Of a stretch of DNA of 45,803 nucleotides, positions 8,767 through 18,221 are shown one piece after another. The DNA is from a virus (Duplodnaviria; Caudoviricetes), in IMG/VR virus record IMGVR_UViG_3300020686_000006, positions 1 to 45,803 of that record; one strand, 5' to 3'. The position numbers and the translations under genes were made by a program. Below the pieces are notes generated by a model. The model was not told where the DNA came from. It ran no database searches and worked only from the letters and a program-made list of their open reading frames with translations. Numbering within the stretch: the stretch's first letter is position 1; each line of letters begins with the position of its first letter.

Positions 8767-9434
8767 GTCCACCTCTGGAATTCAATATTGACAGCAGCAC
8801 GAGTTAAGCCACGGTTAACTCTTTCCCTAACCTCGTTTGTTGCGTCAAAGAAACGTTTTCTGTAGTCCATTGCTGCTTTAGGATCGTAATACGGCTGACC
8901 TGGAGTGCCATAAAGGCGTGATCTTGCGCCAAAACAAATCTGCTCTAAGAAATGCTCGTAAATAGGGTACGCAACAGTTGTAGACACCCTAGTCGGCGCT
9001 TTAGCTACCAACACCTGCATGGGTGTTAATGGGTTAGTAAATGATGGCCTGGGCACGATATTCATCACATGGTTTCTACGTCGGTAGAAATAATATGGCT
9101 GTCCCTGCATTGTCTGCCAGTCGTTGGCTCTGTAAATTTTTGTAAGTTGCTCGACTGACTTGGGTATCAATAGTACGTCACCGTACCAGGCTTCAATAAT
9201 ATCGACTACCGTATATGTACCGTCTATATATTGCCCAAGATCATACCAATCAATATTAGCTATAGGCGTAATATTACTTACGTTTTCTTGAAGATACCTA
9301 GTCTTTTCGCAAAACTCAATTGTTGCATTTCTAATAGCTTGAGTAACCACGAGTTCAGGCACATCAGGCAAATACGGGATAAGCTCTGACATAAAGAGGT
9401 CGTAACTGACTTCTGTATCTTCATAAAAACTCAT
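8763..9434 (-). CDS. Head-tail adaptor / tail tubular-like protein
   Basis: PDVP..AIRNATIEFCEKT..I..GA..RL..PGQPY..P..A..Y..F; downstream of the capsid in a podovirus-like layout. Confidence 0.65.
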   Translation of the reverse strand: MSFYEDTEVSYDLFMSELIPYLPDVPELVVTQAIRNATIEFCEKTRYLQENVSNITPIANIDWYDLGQYIDGTYTVVDIIEAWYGDVLLIPKSVEQLTKIYRANDWQTMQGQPYYFYRRRNHVMNIVPRPSFTNPLTPMQVLVAKAPTRVSTTVAYPIYEHFLEQICFGARSRLYGTPGQPYYDPKAAMDYRKRFFDATNEVRERVNRGLTRAAVNIEFQRWT

Positions 9435-10114
9435 GAATCAGTTCCTCTAACAGCAGGATTACGTACGCCAAGAGCATTGTCAGGTGCAACTTCTTTCTCT
9501 GACTTGTCTTTGACAGCGATAGCAGCAGTAAATGTAGACAAATACAACTGCGCAAGTTGAAGACCTGGTGCATATTCAGCATCTTTGCTACATGCTCTAT
9601 ACATTATGTAGTCAAGAAGAGCAGATGCGAACACATCAAAAATCGGGATAACTTGGCTAAGCGTCAAGTTGGTAGGCTGTTGGGAATAATTTAACTCAAT
9701 GTATTGACCGCCTATCTGGGGCGGATAAACATAGAAAGCCATTTGGTCTTCTATGTCATAAATAAAATTCTTTACTTCTGCAGTCGCTGTATCTGTATGC
9801 CAGTAAGGATTGAAAGAATCCATGACTTCACGAGAGATTACACGGATAGCACGACCAGGAGTTGCGCCGTCAGAACCCATATTTCTATGAACACGAAGCA
9901 ACATCCACCCATCGCTAGGTATGGATTGCCTTGTGCCAGCAACAAGCTGGACATTAGATATCTTAGAGGTAGCATTTGGCTGCATCGTCACAATTTGACG
10001 AAGGCCATCATTTAACCACCCTAAAAGCTCGGCAGAAGTCCACCGTACGTTAGCGACGTCCGTTAACTGCAGTGCTGCATTATTAACAATGGTTTGCGCT
10101 GTAATAGTTCCCAT
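9431..10114 (-). CDS. Head-tail adaptor-like virion protein (DUF6682-like)
   Basis: L.D...VRWT..ELL.WLNDG..LVAGTRQSIP..FYVYPP..ALLDYIMYRACSKDAEY pattern; position after the capsid genes. Confidence 0.7.
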   Translation of the reverse strand: MGTITAQTIVNNAALQLTDVANVRWTSAELLGWLNDGLRQIVTMQPNATSKISNVQLVAGTRQSIPSDGWMLLRVHRNMGSDGATPGRAIRVISREVMDSFNPYWHTDTATAEVKNFIYDIEDQMAFYVYPPQIGGQYIELNYSQQPTNLTLSQVIPIFDVFASALLDYIMYRACSKDAEYAPGLQLAQLYLSTFTAAIAVKDKSEKEVAPDNALGVRNPAVRGTDS

Positions 10115-10130
10115 AAATCCTCATAGGAAA

Positions 10131-10151
10131 GTAGGGGCACAAGGCCCCTAC
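10131..10151 (-). terminator. Intergenic GC-rich hairpin (terminator/processing site)
   Basis: GTAGGGGC-N5-GCCCCTAC, 8-bp stem, followed on the minus strand by TTT just after the 10155 stop. Confidence 0.5.
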
Positions 10152-10154
10152 AGA

Positions 10155-10598
10155 TTAGCCAGCGTGTGCTGCGAACCAAGTCAGTCCATCTGATGTGATG
10201 AACGTTGTTGATTTGACTGTTGTGATACCGAATGGTAAGTTTGCTGTACCGTAGTTAATTGTTCCGCCAAGAGGGGGATAAACCAACAAAGTATTAGCAC
10301 CATTGTTGAATACAGTAATAAAAGCAGAACCTTGGTTCGTCAATTGAGCTGTATTGAATGTAGTACCAACAGTATTGAAGTGAGCAATATCATTTACGAT
10401 CTGATATGGCTGACCTGCTCCGCCTGTAAGCGCTGTAACTGCAGTTGTAGAAGTTTGGCTTGTACCACTTCCAGTTACTGTAGCTGTTTGTGAGTTTGCA
10501 GTGCTTAAAACAATTGGGCCGCTATAGTCACCGCCAGAAACCTGAGCTGCTGTATTAGACCATTCGCCGACGCTAACAAGTTTTATTTGTGATGTCAT
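10155..10598 (-). CDS. Putative capsid decoration / minor virion protein
   Basis: Immediately after the MCP; Thr/Gly/Ser-rich beta protein; ATG 10598 with AGGTG SD (ORF-track start 10646 lies inside the terminator). Confidence 0.6.
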   Translation of the reverse strand: MTSQIKLVSVGEWSNTAAQVSGGDYSGPIVLSTANSQTATVTGSGTSQTSTTAVTALTGGAGQPYQIVNDIAHFNTVGTTFNTAQLTNQGSAFITVFNNGANTLLVYPPLGGTINYGTANLPFGITTVKSTTFITSDGLTWFAAHAG

Positions 10599-10623
10599 TT
10601 TTTCACCTATTAATTTGGGTTGG

Positions 10624-10648
10624 AAAGAACGGGGCCGAAGCCCCATTC
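10624..10648 (-). terminator. Rho-independent terminator after the major capsid gene
   Basis: Minus strand GAATGGGGC-TTCG-GCCCCGTTC-TTT; cUUCGg tetraloop; short U-tail suggests partial readthrough. Confidence 0.7.
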
Positions 10649-10653
10649 ATCTA

Positions 10654-11673
10654 TTAGCCTGCTGCTACCAACAAAGCCAAACCGTTAGGTTGAGTAACTT
10701 GAGTACCATAAACATTCAAGCCACGAACCAATGTACCGAAATCATTGGGGTTCTGTAAGCTCTCAACTTTAGCAATTTGTGATGCAAAAGTGATTGCAGA
10801 CTTATGTCCAGCAATGATAGCGTGACGCTTTAATGCACTGGCTTCAGTTCCAGTAGAACCGTTGGGGTTTGTCCAAGCGTTACCTGCTGTACCTCTTGGT
10901 ACTAAGTTAGACACATAAACAGTGAAACGGTCGATCATACCGATCTTGCCATTACGGAGAATAGAAGAAGCATCACCCATAAACTGAGCCTGAGCCAAGT
11001 TAGATTGCATGAGGATTTGACGCTCTGTAGGAGTAATGATTAACCAACGATCTGTCTCAGGAACATTAGACTCGTCCAATACGCTTGACAAAGCTGTGAT
11101 GCTTTGGAGAATATTAGAAGCTGTCAAAGTTACAGGAGCCAAGTCAGTACCTAGGTTGAAAGCACCAGAAATAGCACCAGCTGTAGCTCCTTGGTTAGCA
11201 GCTGCACCTTGGTTGAAGTTTGTGTACAGAACGTCTTTGTCGATCTGAATCTTCATTTGCATAGAAGCGTCATTGGTGAACATGTCCATCAATTTTGGCT
11301 TTGATTGGAGTTCAAGAACGTTGTTAACGTTAACACCGAAGTACTTACCATGATTGATAGTCAAAGTAATCGTGTTTGGAGCTGGAACGTCATAGTTCAA
11401 AGACTGACCAACACTATAAGAATAGATGTTGATTGTTGGGATTGTATTGATAATCACGGTATCACCCATACCAGTGATATCGCCTTGCCAATCAGTATTA
11501 GCGATTTCGCCGAAAACTGTAGCTGCGTAGAATTTCTGAGCTAATTTACCAGACCAAAGGGCTGGAATAAATGAACCAGAATAGGCTGTGCCTGAGTAGG
11601 CAACCTGACCAGCGGGGCTGTTAAAGCCACCAGAGTTAATGGGATAGGCTGCTGCTGCGGTAATTGTTGACAT
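10654..11673 (-). CDS. Major capsid protein (P22-like coat, HK97 fold)
   Basis: 339 aa; FIPALWSGKL..NTDWQGDI..GDTVII..LTI..KYF..LDE.NVP..RWLII..GKIG.IDRF.VY.SN..F..LVRGLNVYG; follows scaffold, followed by a terminator. Confidence 0.9.
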   Translation of the reverse strand: MSTITAAAAYPINSGGFNSPAGQVAYSGTAYSGSFIPALWSGKLAQKFYAATVFGEIANTDWQGDITGMGDTVIINTIPTINIYSYSVGQSLNYDVPAPNTITLTINHGKYFGVNVNNVLELQSKPKLMDMFTNDASMQMKIQIDKDVLYTNFNQGAAANQGATAGAISGAFNLGTDLAPVTLTASNILQSITALSSVLDESNVPETDRWLIITPTERQILMQSNLAQAQFMGDASSILRNGKIGMIDRFTVYVSNLVPRGTAGNAWTNPNGSTGTEASALKRHAIIAGHKSAITFASQIAKVESLQNPNDFGTLVRGLNVYGTQVTQPNGLALLVAAG

Positions 11674-11724
11674 GATTTACATCCTTTAAAAAACAAATTG
11701 TGGGATGCAACCAATGTGGGTGTA

Positions 11725-12690
11725 CTATCTTATACGACCTTCAGCAATGGCTGCATGGATATCTCTTTCCATTTGAGCCGCTTGAGTTTCGTCCAACATA
11801 CCCCTTCTCCAGTCTTCGTAAAATTGCGTTATTTGGTTTTGATCCCAAACAGGCTTACTATCTGAAGTAGCAGGTGGTGGCGAATTTTTCGAGCGAGTCG
11901 GTGCTACTTGACGCTGAAGCTGTTGCTGTCTAGTCTGTTGGGTTTGCTGCGCAGGTGCTAATGTGGCTTTATATTGTTTGAAAATATTAGCCGTACGGGT
12001 TACATCCAAGTTCTCAAACGCATTATTAAGTGCTACTTGTCTTGGTAGGCCATAGATCGGATCGACTTCAGCTAACCAGGATAAAAACCCTTGGTCAACA
12101 TTCATTGCTTCCCAATCAGGAACTTGCTGTGCTAATCCGGAAAAGAGGCGGTCTTTATCAGATACCACTTGTCTTTCACTAACATTACCAAGTTTGCCTT
12201 GTAACTCTTCAATCTTAGCGGTCAACTGAGCTTCACGATTTCGGAAATCCGATACCTTGGCTTCAGTAGCCCTGTCAATCAAATCCAACAAATCAGGCCC
12301 AAAGGCTTCTTTGTCTTGTTCAGTGATAAGAGACTTAACGGTAGCTTGAGCAGGTGCTTGCTGTTGTGTTTTAGCTACAGCATTTTCTGCAATGAGCTGC
12401 TGGAGTTGTCCATTCATCTCACGCACTTGCGCATGTAGCCTAGGTACTTCAGCGTCGTACATTCCTTTTAAAGTTAGGTACTTGCGTTCCCATACTTCTT
12501 CAGAAACTGCTGGCTTCTGTTCTGTCTCTTGCGAAACGGTTTGCTGCGGTTCTGGATTAGGAGCTGGCGGATCGTTTGGTGGTGGATCATTTGGTGTAGT
12601 CTCCGGGGTTTGCCCGGTCTGCCCATTTAACTGTGCTACCAACGCATCTGCTGCGTCAACTTGTTCTTGAACTGCTTTTGGCAATGCCAT
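11725..12690 (-). CDS. Scaffolding protein
   Basis: MALPK..Pro/Gln-rich linker..WERKYLTLKGMYDAEVPRL, coiled coils, C-terminal I.AA..EGR; directly upstream of the MCP with AAGGAG SD. Confidence 0.75.
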   Translation of the reverse strand: MALPKAVQEQVDAADALVAQLNGQTGQTPETTPNDPPPNDPPAPNPEPQQTVSQETEQKPAVSEEVWERKYLTLKGMYDAEVPRLHAQVREMNGQLQQLIAENAVAKTQQQAPAQATVKSLITEQDKEAFGPDLLDLIDRATEAKVSDFRNREAQLTAKIEELQGKLGNVSERQVVSDKDRLFSGLAQQVPDWEAMNVDQGFLSWLAEVDPIYGLPRQVALNNAFENLDVTRTANIFKQYKATLAPAQQTQQTRQQQLQRQVAPTRSKNSPPPATSDSKPVWDQNQITQFYEDWRRGMLDETQAAQMERDIHAAIAEGRIR

Positions 12691-12702
12691 TTCTATCTCC
12701 TT

Positions 12703-12828
12703 CGCTCCGACTACGCTTCAGAACTCCGCCTTGACGGTCTGTTCATATTCGCTTACGGTCTGCTACTTGGTTTAAATTTTGGTTTGTGACTCTGTGCTCC
12801 GACTTAACGGTCTGCTCAAGGTCTGCGG
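12703..12828 (-). promoter_or_regulatory. Repeated RNA stem-loop motif in the scaffold 5' leader
   Basis: Minus strand has CAGACC four times and CGGAG three times, forming stem-AGA-CCG...CGG-A-stem units ending at the SD. Confidence 0.55.
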
Positions 12829-13049
12829 GTTTTTGCTAGTAAATTACCAGCATCCTCAATGTACCCAAGGATTTCCTTGAGTTCTAAGCTTCGGCCTTGC
12901 AACCTAGACTTCATTGATTCATTCTGCTCGATTGAAAGATTCTCTAAAGTTTCTAACCTTCGAGCTTTTAAGAATTCTAACAGAGGTTTCATCTCTTCGG
13001 AACGTAGCAGTGAAAAACATCTTGCTACTCGCTCGTCAATGCGAACCAC
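12816..13049 (-). CDS. Small portal-associated protein (Bbp19-like position)
   Basis: 77 aa helical, RLQGR motif, between portal and scaffold. Confidence 0.7.
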   Translation of the reverse strand: MVRIDERVARCFSLLRSEEMKPLLEFLKARRLETLENLSIEQNESMKSRLQGRSLELKEILGYIEDAGNLLAKTRRP

Positions 13050-13292
13050 TTACTTTGACATTCCGTCTGTTTGGGCTTCTTCAACGTGGTACTCTTTTCC
13101 ACCACGCTTACCGAGTTCAAAGTTGCCGCCGTCTTTACCGCCAGCGCCTTCAGACTTGGAGCCTTTAGACATACCATCACCGTGGGTGGTTTCTTGAGTT
13201 AGCTCTTTACCTTCACCTTCGCTTTTACGCATAGGTTTGTAATCGCCCTTGACGTTTTCTTCAGAAAAACCTTTTTTCTCGTTAACTTTCAT
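13050..13292 (-). CDS. Hypothetical disordered Gly/Lys/Glu-rich protein
   Basis: 80 aa, AAAGGAG SD, internal repeat DGMSK twice. Confidence 0.7.
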   Translation of the reverse strand: MKVNEKKGFSEENVKGDYKPMRKSEGEGKELTQETTHGDGMSKGSKSEGAGGKDGGNFELGKRGGKEYHVEEAQTDGMSK

Positions 13293-13312
13293 TTAAATAC
13301 TCCTTTGTGTGA

Positions 13313-13340
13313 ATTATCTACGATGAACGAAGTTTGTCAA
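13313..13340 (-). promoter_or_regulatory. Putative sigma70 promoter for the scaffold/capsid operon
   Basis: Minus strand TTGACA (13340-13335), 16-nt spacer, GATAAT (13318-13313); overlaps the portal stop codon. Confidence 0.5.
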
Positions 13341-15469
13341 CTACCAACCCCGGCTTGAGGCGCAAAGTTGTTAGCTACTGGCGCTCCGTTCATCAATTGA
13401 GCACCCATAGTGGGTTTGGGAGGCGTACCGCCCGCTTGTGCCTGGCCCATCTGCTGGGCCATAGCTGCTTGTTGTTCGGCTTGCTGTTGAGCTTGTTGGT
13501 TAGCCATTTTCTGTTTAATGATCTCAACAGGCGGCACAATTTTATCAGGGTTAAGTTCCAGTTGCTTAGCCATTTGGCGTAAAAGCTCCGCAATTCCGTC
13601 CATGCCAACAACTTGTTCAACCACTGGGCTTTGAAGCGCCATTTGCAAGAACTGAGCTTGACGCTGAGCAGCTTGCTCTTTAACCATGATGGCTTCAGCA
13701 CCGTGAGCACGTACGTTAACGTCGCCCTTCAAGTCTGGATCATCTCCGTACCTCATGTTGTAGAAGTACAACCTGTCGATGGCTGGCTCAAGAACATTCT
13801 TGTCGATATTGCCTACAACTTGCTTGATAGACTTACCAGCGTTGCCCATAAGCATAGACATACCAGTTGCTGTTCTACCCGCACCGCCCGAAGCACTATC
13901 TCCAGTCATATAGCGTGGAATACCTGTGTACTCATCTGCTAAAACGGAAAACTTCTCGTAGACTTCCATGAGTTCAGCAGCTAACGAATTAGGCTGGAAG
14001 AACTGCATCGGAGGAGCAGAACCTGCAAGTGGGTCGCTAGTAACCTGCCAAATCTTCCAAGGGAACATCTGCGTTAAGTTTTCACCCTGGGGTAGACGAT
14101 CTACGTTGTAAACAACCTGAGGGCCAGATGCAATAGACAAGTTATTGACTAAAGACCTTGCAGCAGCGTTACAGACGTCCTGGGTATCTCTGGCTAGGTC
14201 AGCTACTGAATTGCCCCAAAAAGCCCCTGGAATCTCTTCGTAAGACGCTTTAAAGTATGGTTTACGACCAAGTGGATCAGGATTGATAACAGCTTTAATA
14301 ACCCAATTACCAACAGTCCATACTTCTACAGGGTAATCAAGAAGAGCGTCTGGAACTTCTTCGTCGTCCATTCCCCAGTCAAGCAATAGTTGTCCTTGTA
14401 CATTTCCCCAAAACTGAAGCGCATCAATCAACTCAGACGGGTTTTGCTGAACGCCCATTGTTGACTTACCTTCAGCAGCGGCCTTGTTCATGTCAACGTA
14501 AATCCAGTCACGTAGACCGCCTTTACCGTATTCTTCTAAAACGCCCCTGATTGCTCCGTCGCTGTAGCCTTCTACGCCAAGCAAAGCAACTAGGTCTCCC
14601 CTGTGAAGCTTATGTCTCTCGATTAAGTAGCCGTCGTCAATGTAGGACGAGTCAGCAGCTGGATAAATATTAAACGGGTCAACTCTTTCCCACTCAAGGG
14701 TTAACTCATCTTTAATGTCAAGAACGTAATCTTTGCCTTTCCTAACCCATTCCATTTTAGGCTTTTTGCGAACAACAGGCCCTTTTAAGATCGCACTTGG
14801 GAAGGTAACAATATCATCAATGAATTCTGTAAACGCTTTTACCCAGTTGCCCTGCGACAGCTGGTCTTCCATCTTAACTTCCATGCGCTCACATGTGCGC
14901 CATGCAACATCCTTCATATGCGACATAGCCGCATCTTTCATCTCAAGCAAACGCTCACGTACTTGTTGATCTGTAGGAGGCTGACCGCTTAGGTAGAGCT
15001 GTTTAATCTCTTGCTCAGCTTGTTGAATAATATTCTCAACCTCGTTAGGCGGTAGGTCTGGTATCGGGCTTGGCTCTATTGTCCAAGGTTTATCTTCTGA
15101 TGCTTGTAGTAATGTATCTTTTAGCCAGCTCGATGCAGCCCTGCATTTGTTGGCTGTAAGCATCATGTATATCGTTGAGCTTCCCTGCTCACGCAACTGA
15201 GCTAATTTATCGGGATCATATTCACCTCTACGCTGGCGAACACTTTGAAGCATCTTATTTTCTGCAGTCTGTTGCTTTGCAAGCATCGCTGCTGTCCATT
15301 TCATCTTGACATAACTTGCAAGACTACGGACTAAGGTTGAAGAGTTCTCTATCTGCGCTTTCGCTCGCTCTTCTTGCTGAATAGCTTTTAATGACTTAAT
15401 GTTTACTAGCCCGCCGTAGTTCACAGAACCCGGCGCAGCTGAATTAGTCATGTTTAAACCTAATTGCAT
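13337..15469 (-). CDS. Portal protein
   Basis: 710 aa right after TerL; ERVDPFNIYP, PGAFWG.SV, GAGRTATGMSMLM motifs and Gln-rich C-terminal barrel typical of P22-like portals. Confidence 0.88.
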   Translation of the reverse strand: MQLGLNMTNSAAPGSVNYGGLVNIKSLKAIQQEERAKAQIENSSTLVRSLASYVKMKWTAAMLAKQQTAENKMLQSVRQRRGEYDPDKLAQLREQGSSTIYMMLTANKCRAASSWLKDTLLQASEDKPWTIEPSPIPDLPPNEVENIIQQAEQEIKQLYLSGQPPTDQQVRERLLEMKDAAMSHMKDVAWRTCERMEVKMEDQLSQGNWVKAFTEFIDDIVTFPSAILKGPVVRKKPKMEWVRKGKDYVLDIKDELTLEWERVDPFNIYPAADSSYIDDGYLIERHKLHRGDLVALLGVEGYSDGAIRGVLEEYGKGGLRDWIYVDMNKAAAEGKSTMGVQQNPSELIDALQFWGNVQGQLLLDWGMDDEEVPDALLDYPVEVWTVGNWVIKAVINPDPLGRKPYFKASYEEIPGAFWGNSVADLARDTQDVCNAAARSLVNNLSIASGPQVVYNVDRLPQGENLTQMFPWKIWQVTSDPLAGSAPPMQFFQPNSLAAELMEVYEKFSVLADEYTGIPRYMTGDSASGGAGRTATGMSMLMGNAGKSIKQVVGNIDKNVLEPAIDRLYFYNMRYGDDPDLKGDVNVRAHGAEAIMVKEQAAQRQAQFLQMALQSPVVEQVVGMDGIAELLRQMAKQLELNPDKIVPPVEIIKQKMANQQAQQQAEQQAAMAQQMGQAQAGGTPPKPTMGAQLMNGAPVANNFAPQAGVGS

Positions 15470-15470
15470 A

Positions 15471-16871
15471 TTAATTCCATACGTAAGGTACTTTGTGAAC
15501 TTTCACCGCCTTCTTCTCCCATGCGTCGCCGTTAACATTTCCGTCGGCATGTAGACAAGCATACTGATGAGCATCAGCAATGTGTGAGTGCGAATTTTTC
15601 TCCGGCTTGTCGTCAGCTTCGCCGTTTTGTCGTATTTTATACCTATACCCGCCTCTTAGTGCAGGAATTAAATGTACACAACTCGGATCAATCAGATGAC
15701 CAGGCTTGCCGTCAACCGTTCGAGTGAGGAATTTATCAACTGCGTTCACCCTTGCAACAACGCTGTTTGACTTGGCTGAAATGACTCTAAACCCCTCGGC
15801 TTTCAAAATATCAAAGACGCTTTTCTCATCTGTCTGCGCCCGCTGACTACCTGCCGGGTCTCCGATGATTAGCACATTCATACCAGGAAACTTGTTGGCA
15901 AGCAGCGGTTTTAGCTTCTCTCTACTAAACCGTAAAATGCCCATACCTTCTGAAACAATGTCTGCAAACGTAAGTAATCTACCCTGCATGTCTACCTGAT
16001 TTATGGTGCAAGCTGGAGTTAACCCGAAGTCCATTCCAATAATTAACGGGTGGGTCGCAAGTTTTATATGAGTCAGTGGTTTTTTAGCAACATGGATATC
16101 TCTATCAAACGAACCAAACACAGGTTGACCACTTAAAGATTTACCAAACTTACCATGAACGTATACGTCAATCCAGTCGTCTGACTTGCCTTCACACAGA
16201 TTTTCGTAATACCCATCGGGCAAAAACTCAACCCAGTCAGCTTCTTGCGATAGCCCTGATGGCTGTATTGTCACGTGCATGTTGCTTGCAGGATCAGCAA
16301 GTAATTTTTCCCAAAACGTATCAGCGTCCGGTGGGTTAGTAGCTCCCCACACTTTGTGAACCTGCTTGCCGTTATCATCACAGGCTCCAACACCGTTCAT
16401 GGTTTTGTCAGGATATCTACCTAGACGACCCGTTAGGGCATTGTAAATATCAGGATTTATTTCCCTGAACTCATCCATAACTCCGAAAGTAAGCTGTAGA
16501 GATAACAAGCGCCGTACATCATTAGCATCATCCAGCCCCCTGAAAAGAATCTCACACTCTACGTCGTTGAACTTGAGCAAAAATTTACTGTTCGTCTTCT
16601 CTAAGATACCTGCTTCCCCGTCTGGAAACCATTTTAAAAAATCAGGGATTGTCGTATCCCATAGCATCTGACGAGTATTACGAATGACAGCGCACCGACT
16701 GCGGCGTATGCCGTCACTACCAGCTTTAATTTTTGCTGCTTCATAGCTGATCTTAATTAATGAAGCCGTTGTTTTTGTCGAACCAACGGGGCCAACAACG
16801 AAGTTAGCAGACTTCTCACTGGTTAAGAACGGTACAACTGAAGGGCTTGGTGTGTAGACTAGGTTAGCCAT
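15471..16871 (-). CDS. terL: Terminase large subunit
   Basis: Walker A GPVGSTKTT, Walker B GVMDE, ATNPP coupling motif, RNase H-like IGMDFG..GDPAG..HIADAHQY. Confidence 0.93.
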   Translation of the reverse strand: MANLVYTPSPSVVPFLTSEKSANFVVGPVGSTKTTASLIKISYEAAKIKAGSDGIRRSRCAVIRNTRQMLWDTTIPDFLKWFPDGEAGILEKTNSKFLLKFNDVECEILFRGLDDANDVRRLLSLQLTFGVMDEFREINPDIYNALTGRLGRYPDKTMNGVGACDDNGKQVHKVWGATNPPDADTFWEKLLADPASNMHVTIQPSGLSQEADWVEFLPDGYYENLCEGKSDDWIDVYVHGKFGKSLSGQPVFGSFDRDIHVAKKPLTHIKLATHPLIIGMDFGLTPACTINQVDMQGRLLTFADIVSEGMGILRFSREKLKPLLANKFPGMNVLIIGDPAGSQRAQTDEKSVFDILKAEGFRVISAKSNSVVARVNAVDKFLTRTVDGKPGHLIDPSCVHLIPALRGGYRYKIRQNGEADDKPEKNSHSHIADAHQYACLHADGNVNGDAWEKKAVKVHKVPYVWN

Positions 16872-17382
16872 CTATTGTTACAGGCTGTGAACCTTTGGGT
16901 ATATTGATCGTAATACTAAACTGTGGTTTGCCGTCCCCAGCACTAGCTTCTTTCTTAGGCGCTTTGATCCCTGCAATCTCAACGAGCGAGTTAAGCACTG
17001 CTTGCTTTTGAAGAATAGTACTGTCTGTACCTATGGTTTGCTTGAATAACTCATTCATCAACTGATCTGCCATAAGGCCAGCTTTAAGCCTAAACGTAAC
17101 GCCTTCTTTCTCAAACTGCGCACGTTGATTTTGAACCGCACTAATGAACGGCCCCCACTGAGAGATTTGCTCCCAGCGTTCATCAGTCAAGCCTAAGCGT
17201 CTTGCAATATCGGCCGGATTCTCCAACCCTGCAGCACACTCCCACACCAACTGGGGCGGGACATCCAACGTTACATGAGGCTTACTAATGTCTGCTGGAA
17301 GCGCAAACTCGTAGTTATCTAAAAACCTAGATAGATCGTCTTCATCCATTTTGCTTTGGTTTTGAATTAGCAAGGAATCCAT
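16864..17382 (-). CDS. Putative terminase small subunit
   Basis: Overlaps the TerL start; HTH-like PADIARRLGL, helical middle, C-terminal FSITINI strand; AGGAG SD. Confidence 0.65.
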   Translation of the reverse strand: MDSLLIQNQSKMDEDDLSRFLDNYEFALPADISKPHVTLDVPPQLVWECAAGLENPADIARRLGLTDERWEQISQWGPFISAVQNQRAQFEKEGVTFRLKAGLMADQLMNELFKQTIGTDSTILQKQAVLNSLVEIAGIKAPKKEASAGDGKPQFSITINIPKGSQPVTIDG

Positions 17383-17488
17383 TTAGCGCTCTCCTCATTA
17401 ATTCCGACATCGTCAGTCCAGTTTCTTCAGACTGCTTACGCAGCTCAATGATAAGAGGCTCAGGTAAATAAAAGTTGTATCGTTTCAT
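17342..17488 (-). CDS. Ribbon-helix-helix (CopG-like) DNA-binding protein (48 aa)
   Basis: Not in ORF track. MKRYNFYLPEPLIIELRKQSEETGLTMSELMRRALNGFL: alternating beta strand, helix, G-x-(T/S)-x-S-E-L turn, helix. Confidence 0.75.
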   Translation of the reverse strand: MKRYNFYLPEPLIIELRKQSEETGLTMSELMRRALNGFLANSKPKQNG

Positions 17489-17734
17489 TTAGCATTTCCA
17501 AGCTTTGAGAGACTTATTAATCCTTGAATCAGGATCATTCTTCTTCTCTGTACCAGTCAGCTTCTTTTTCATTCCTTCCATACGAGCACAGAAAGAATCT
17601 TTGCGTGGGCCGCCTTCTGGTTGTGGTGGTTTAAGGTTGTGACCTTCTTTTTTAGCAGAGGCTCTCCCCTTGGCGTTTAGACCGCCGTTAGGATTTTTGC
17701 CTTCCTTGCGTTGCCAAGCGGGAGTTGTAGCCAT
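17489..17734 (-). CDS. Small basic conserved phage protein (DUF6321-like)
   Basis: PAWQRKEGKNPNGGLNAKGRAS..RKDSFCARM..SRINKSL.AWKC. Confidence 0.75.
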   Translation of the reverse strand: MATTPAWQRKEGKNPNGGLNAKGRASAKKEGHNLKPPQPEGGPRKDSFCARMEGMKKKLTGTEKKNDPDSRINKSLKAWKC

Positions 17735-17916
17735 TATTTTTTCCTTAGTTTACCTAGTGTTTCTGCTAGACGAGCTTCCTTGCCTTCTTTACCAGGCTTC
17801 TTAGCCGCCGCTTCAAGCTTAGCTTTAGGAATCTTTTTACCTTCGGGTACTCCAAGTTTTTCATGCAAAGCCCCTTTGTTTTTTGTTGCACCAGCGATCC
17901 AATTTTTTGTAGCCAT
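17734..17916 (-). CDS. Small lysine-rich protein
   Basis: NWIAGA..KGALH.KLGVP.GKKIP..RLAETL; coupled to its neighbours. Confidence 0.75.
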   Translation of the reverse strand: MATKNWIAGATKNKGALHEKLGVPEGKKIPKAKLEAAAKKPGKEGKEARLAETLGKLRKK

Positions 17917-17918
17917 GA

Positions 17919-18140
17919 TTACTTTCCTTTCTTAGCGTACATTGCAGGAGACTCTTTACCAGACTTAAGTCGTTTAGCTTCAGCCATCAAAGTTTTAGAA
18001 GAGGCTTTCTCGCCTTCACCCTTTTCACCTTTAACGTACTGCTTTGGTGTTATTTTACCTTTGCGTACATCTTTAGCTTCTGTCATCTCTTCACGCTTGG
18101 TCTCTTTACCTTTGAATATTTTTTTCAGATTGGTAGCCAT
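17919..18140 (-). CDS. Small lysine-rich protein, first gene of the late operon
   Basis: ATG 18140 with GGAGG SD; internal duplication (KGKITPKQY / SGKESPAMY). Confidence 0.7.
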   Translation of the reverse strand: MATNLKKIFKGKETKREEMTEAKDVRKGKITPKQYVKGEKGEGEKASSKTLMAEAKRLKSGKESPAMYAKKGK

Positions 18141-18221
18141 GTCATCCTCCTGTGATAAAAGTTGTATTATCATACACAACGCAACGTTTTTGTTGTTTTT
18201 AATTTTTTCCGGAGAAAAATT

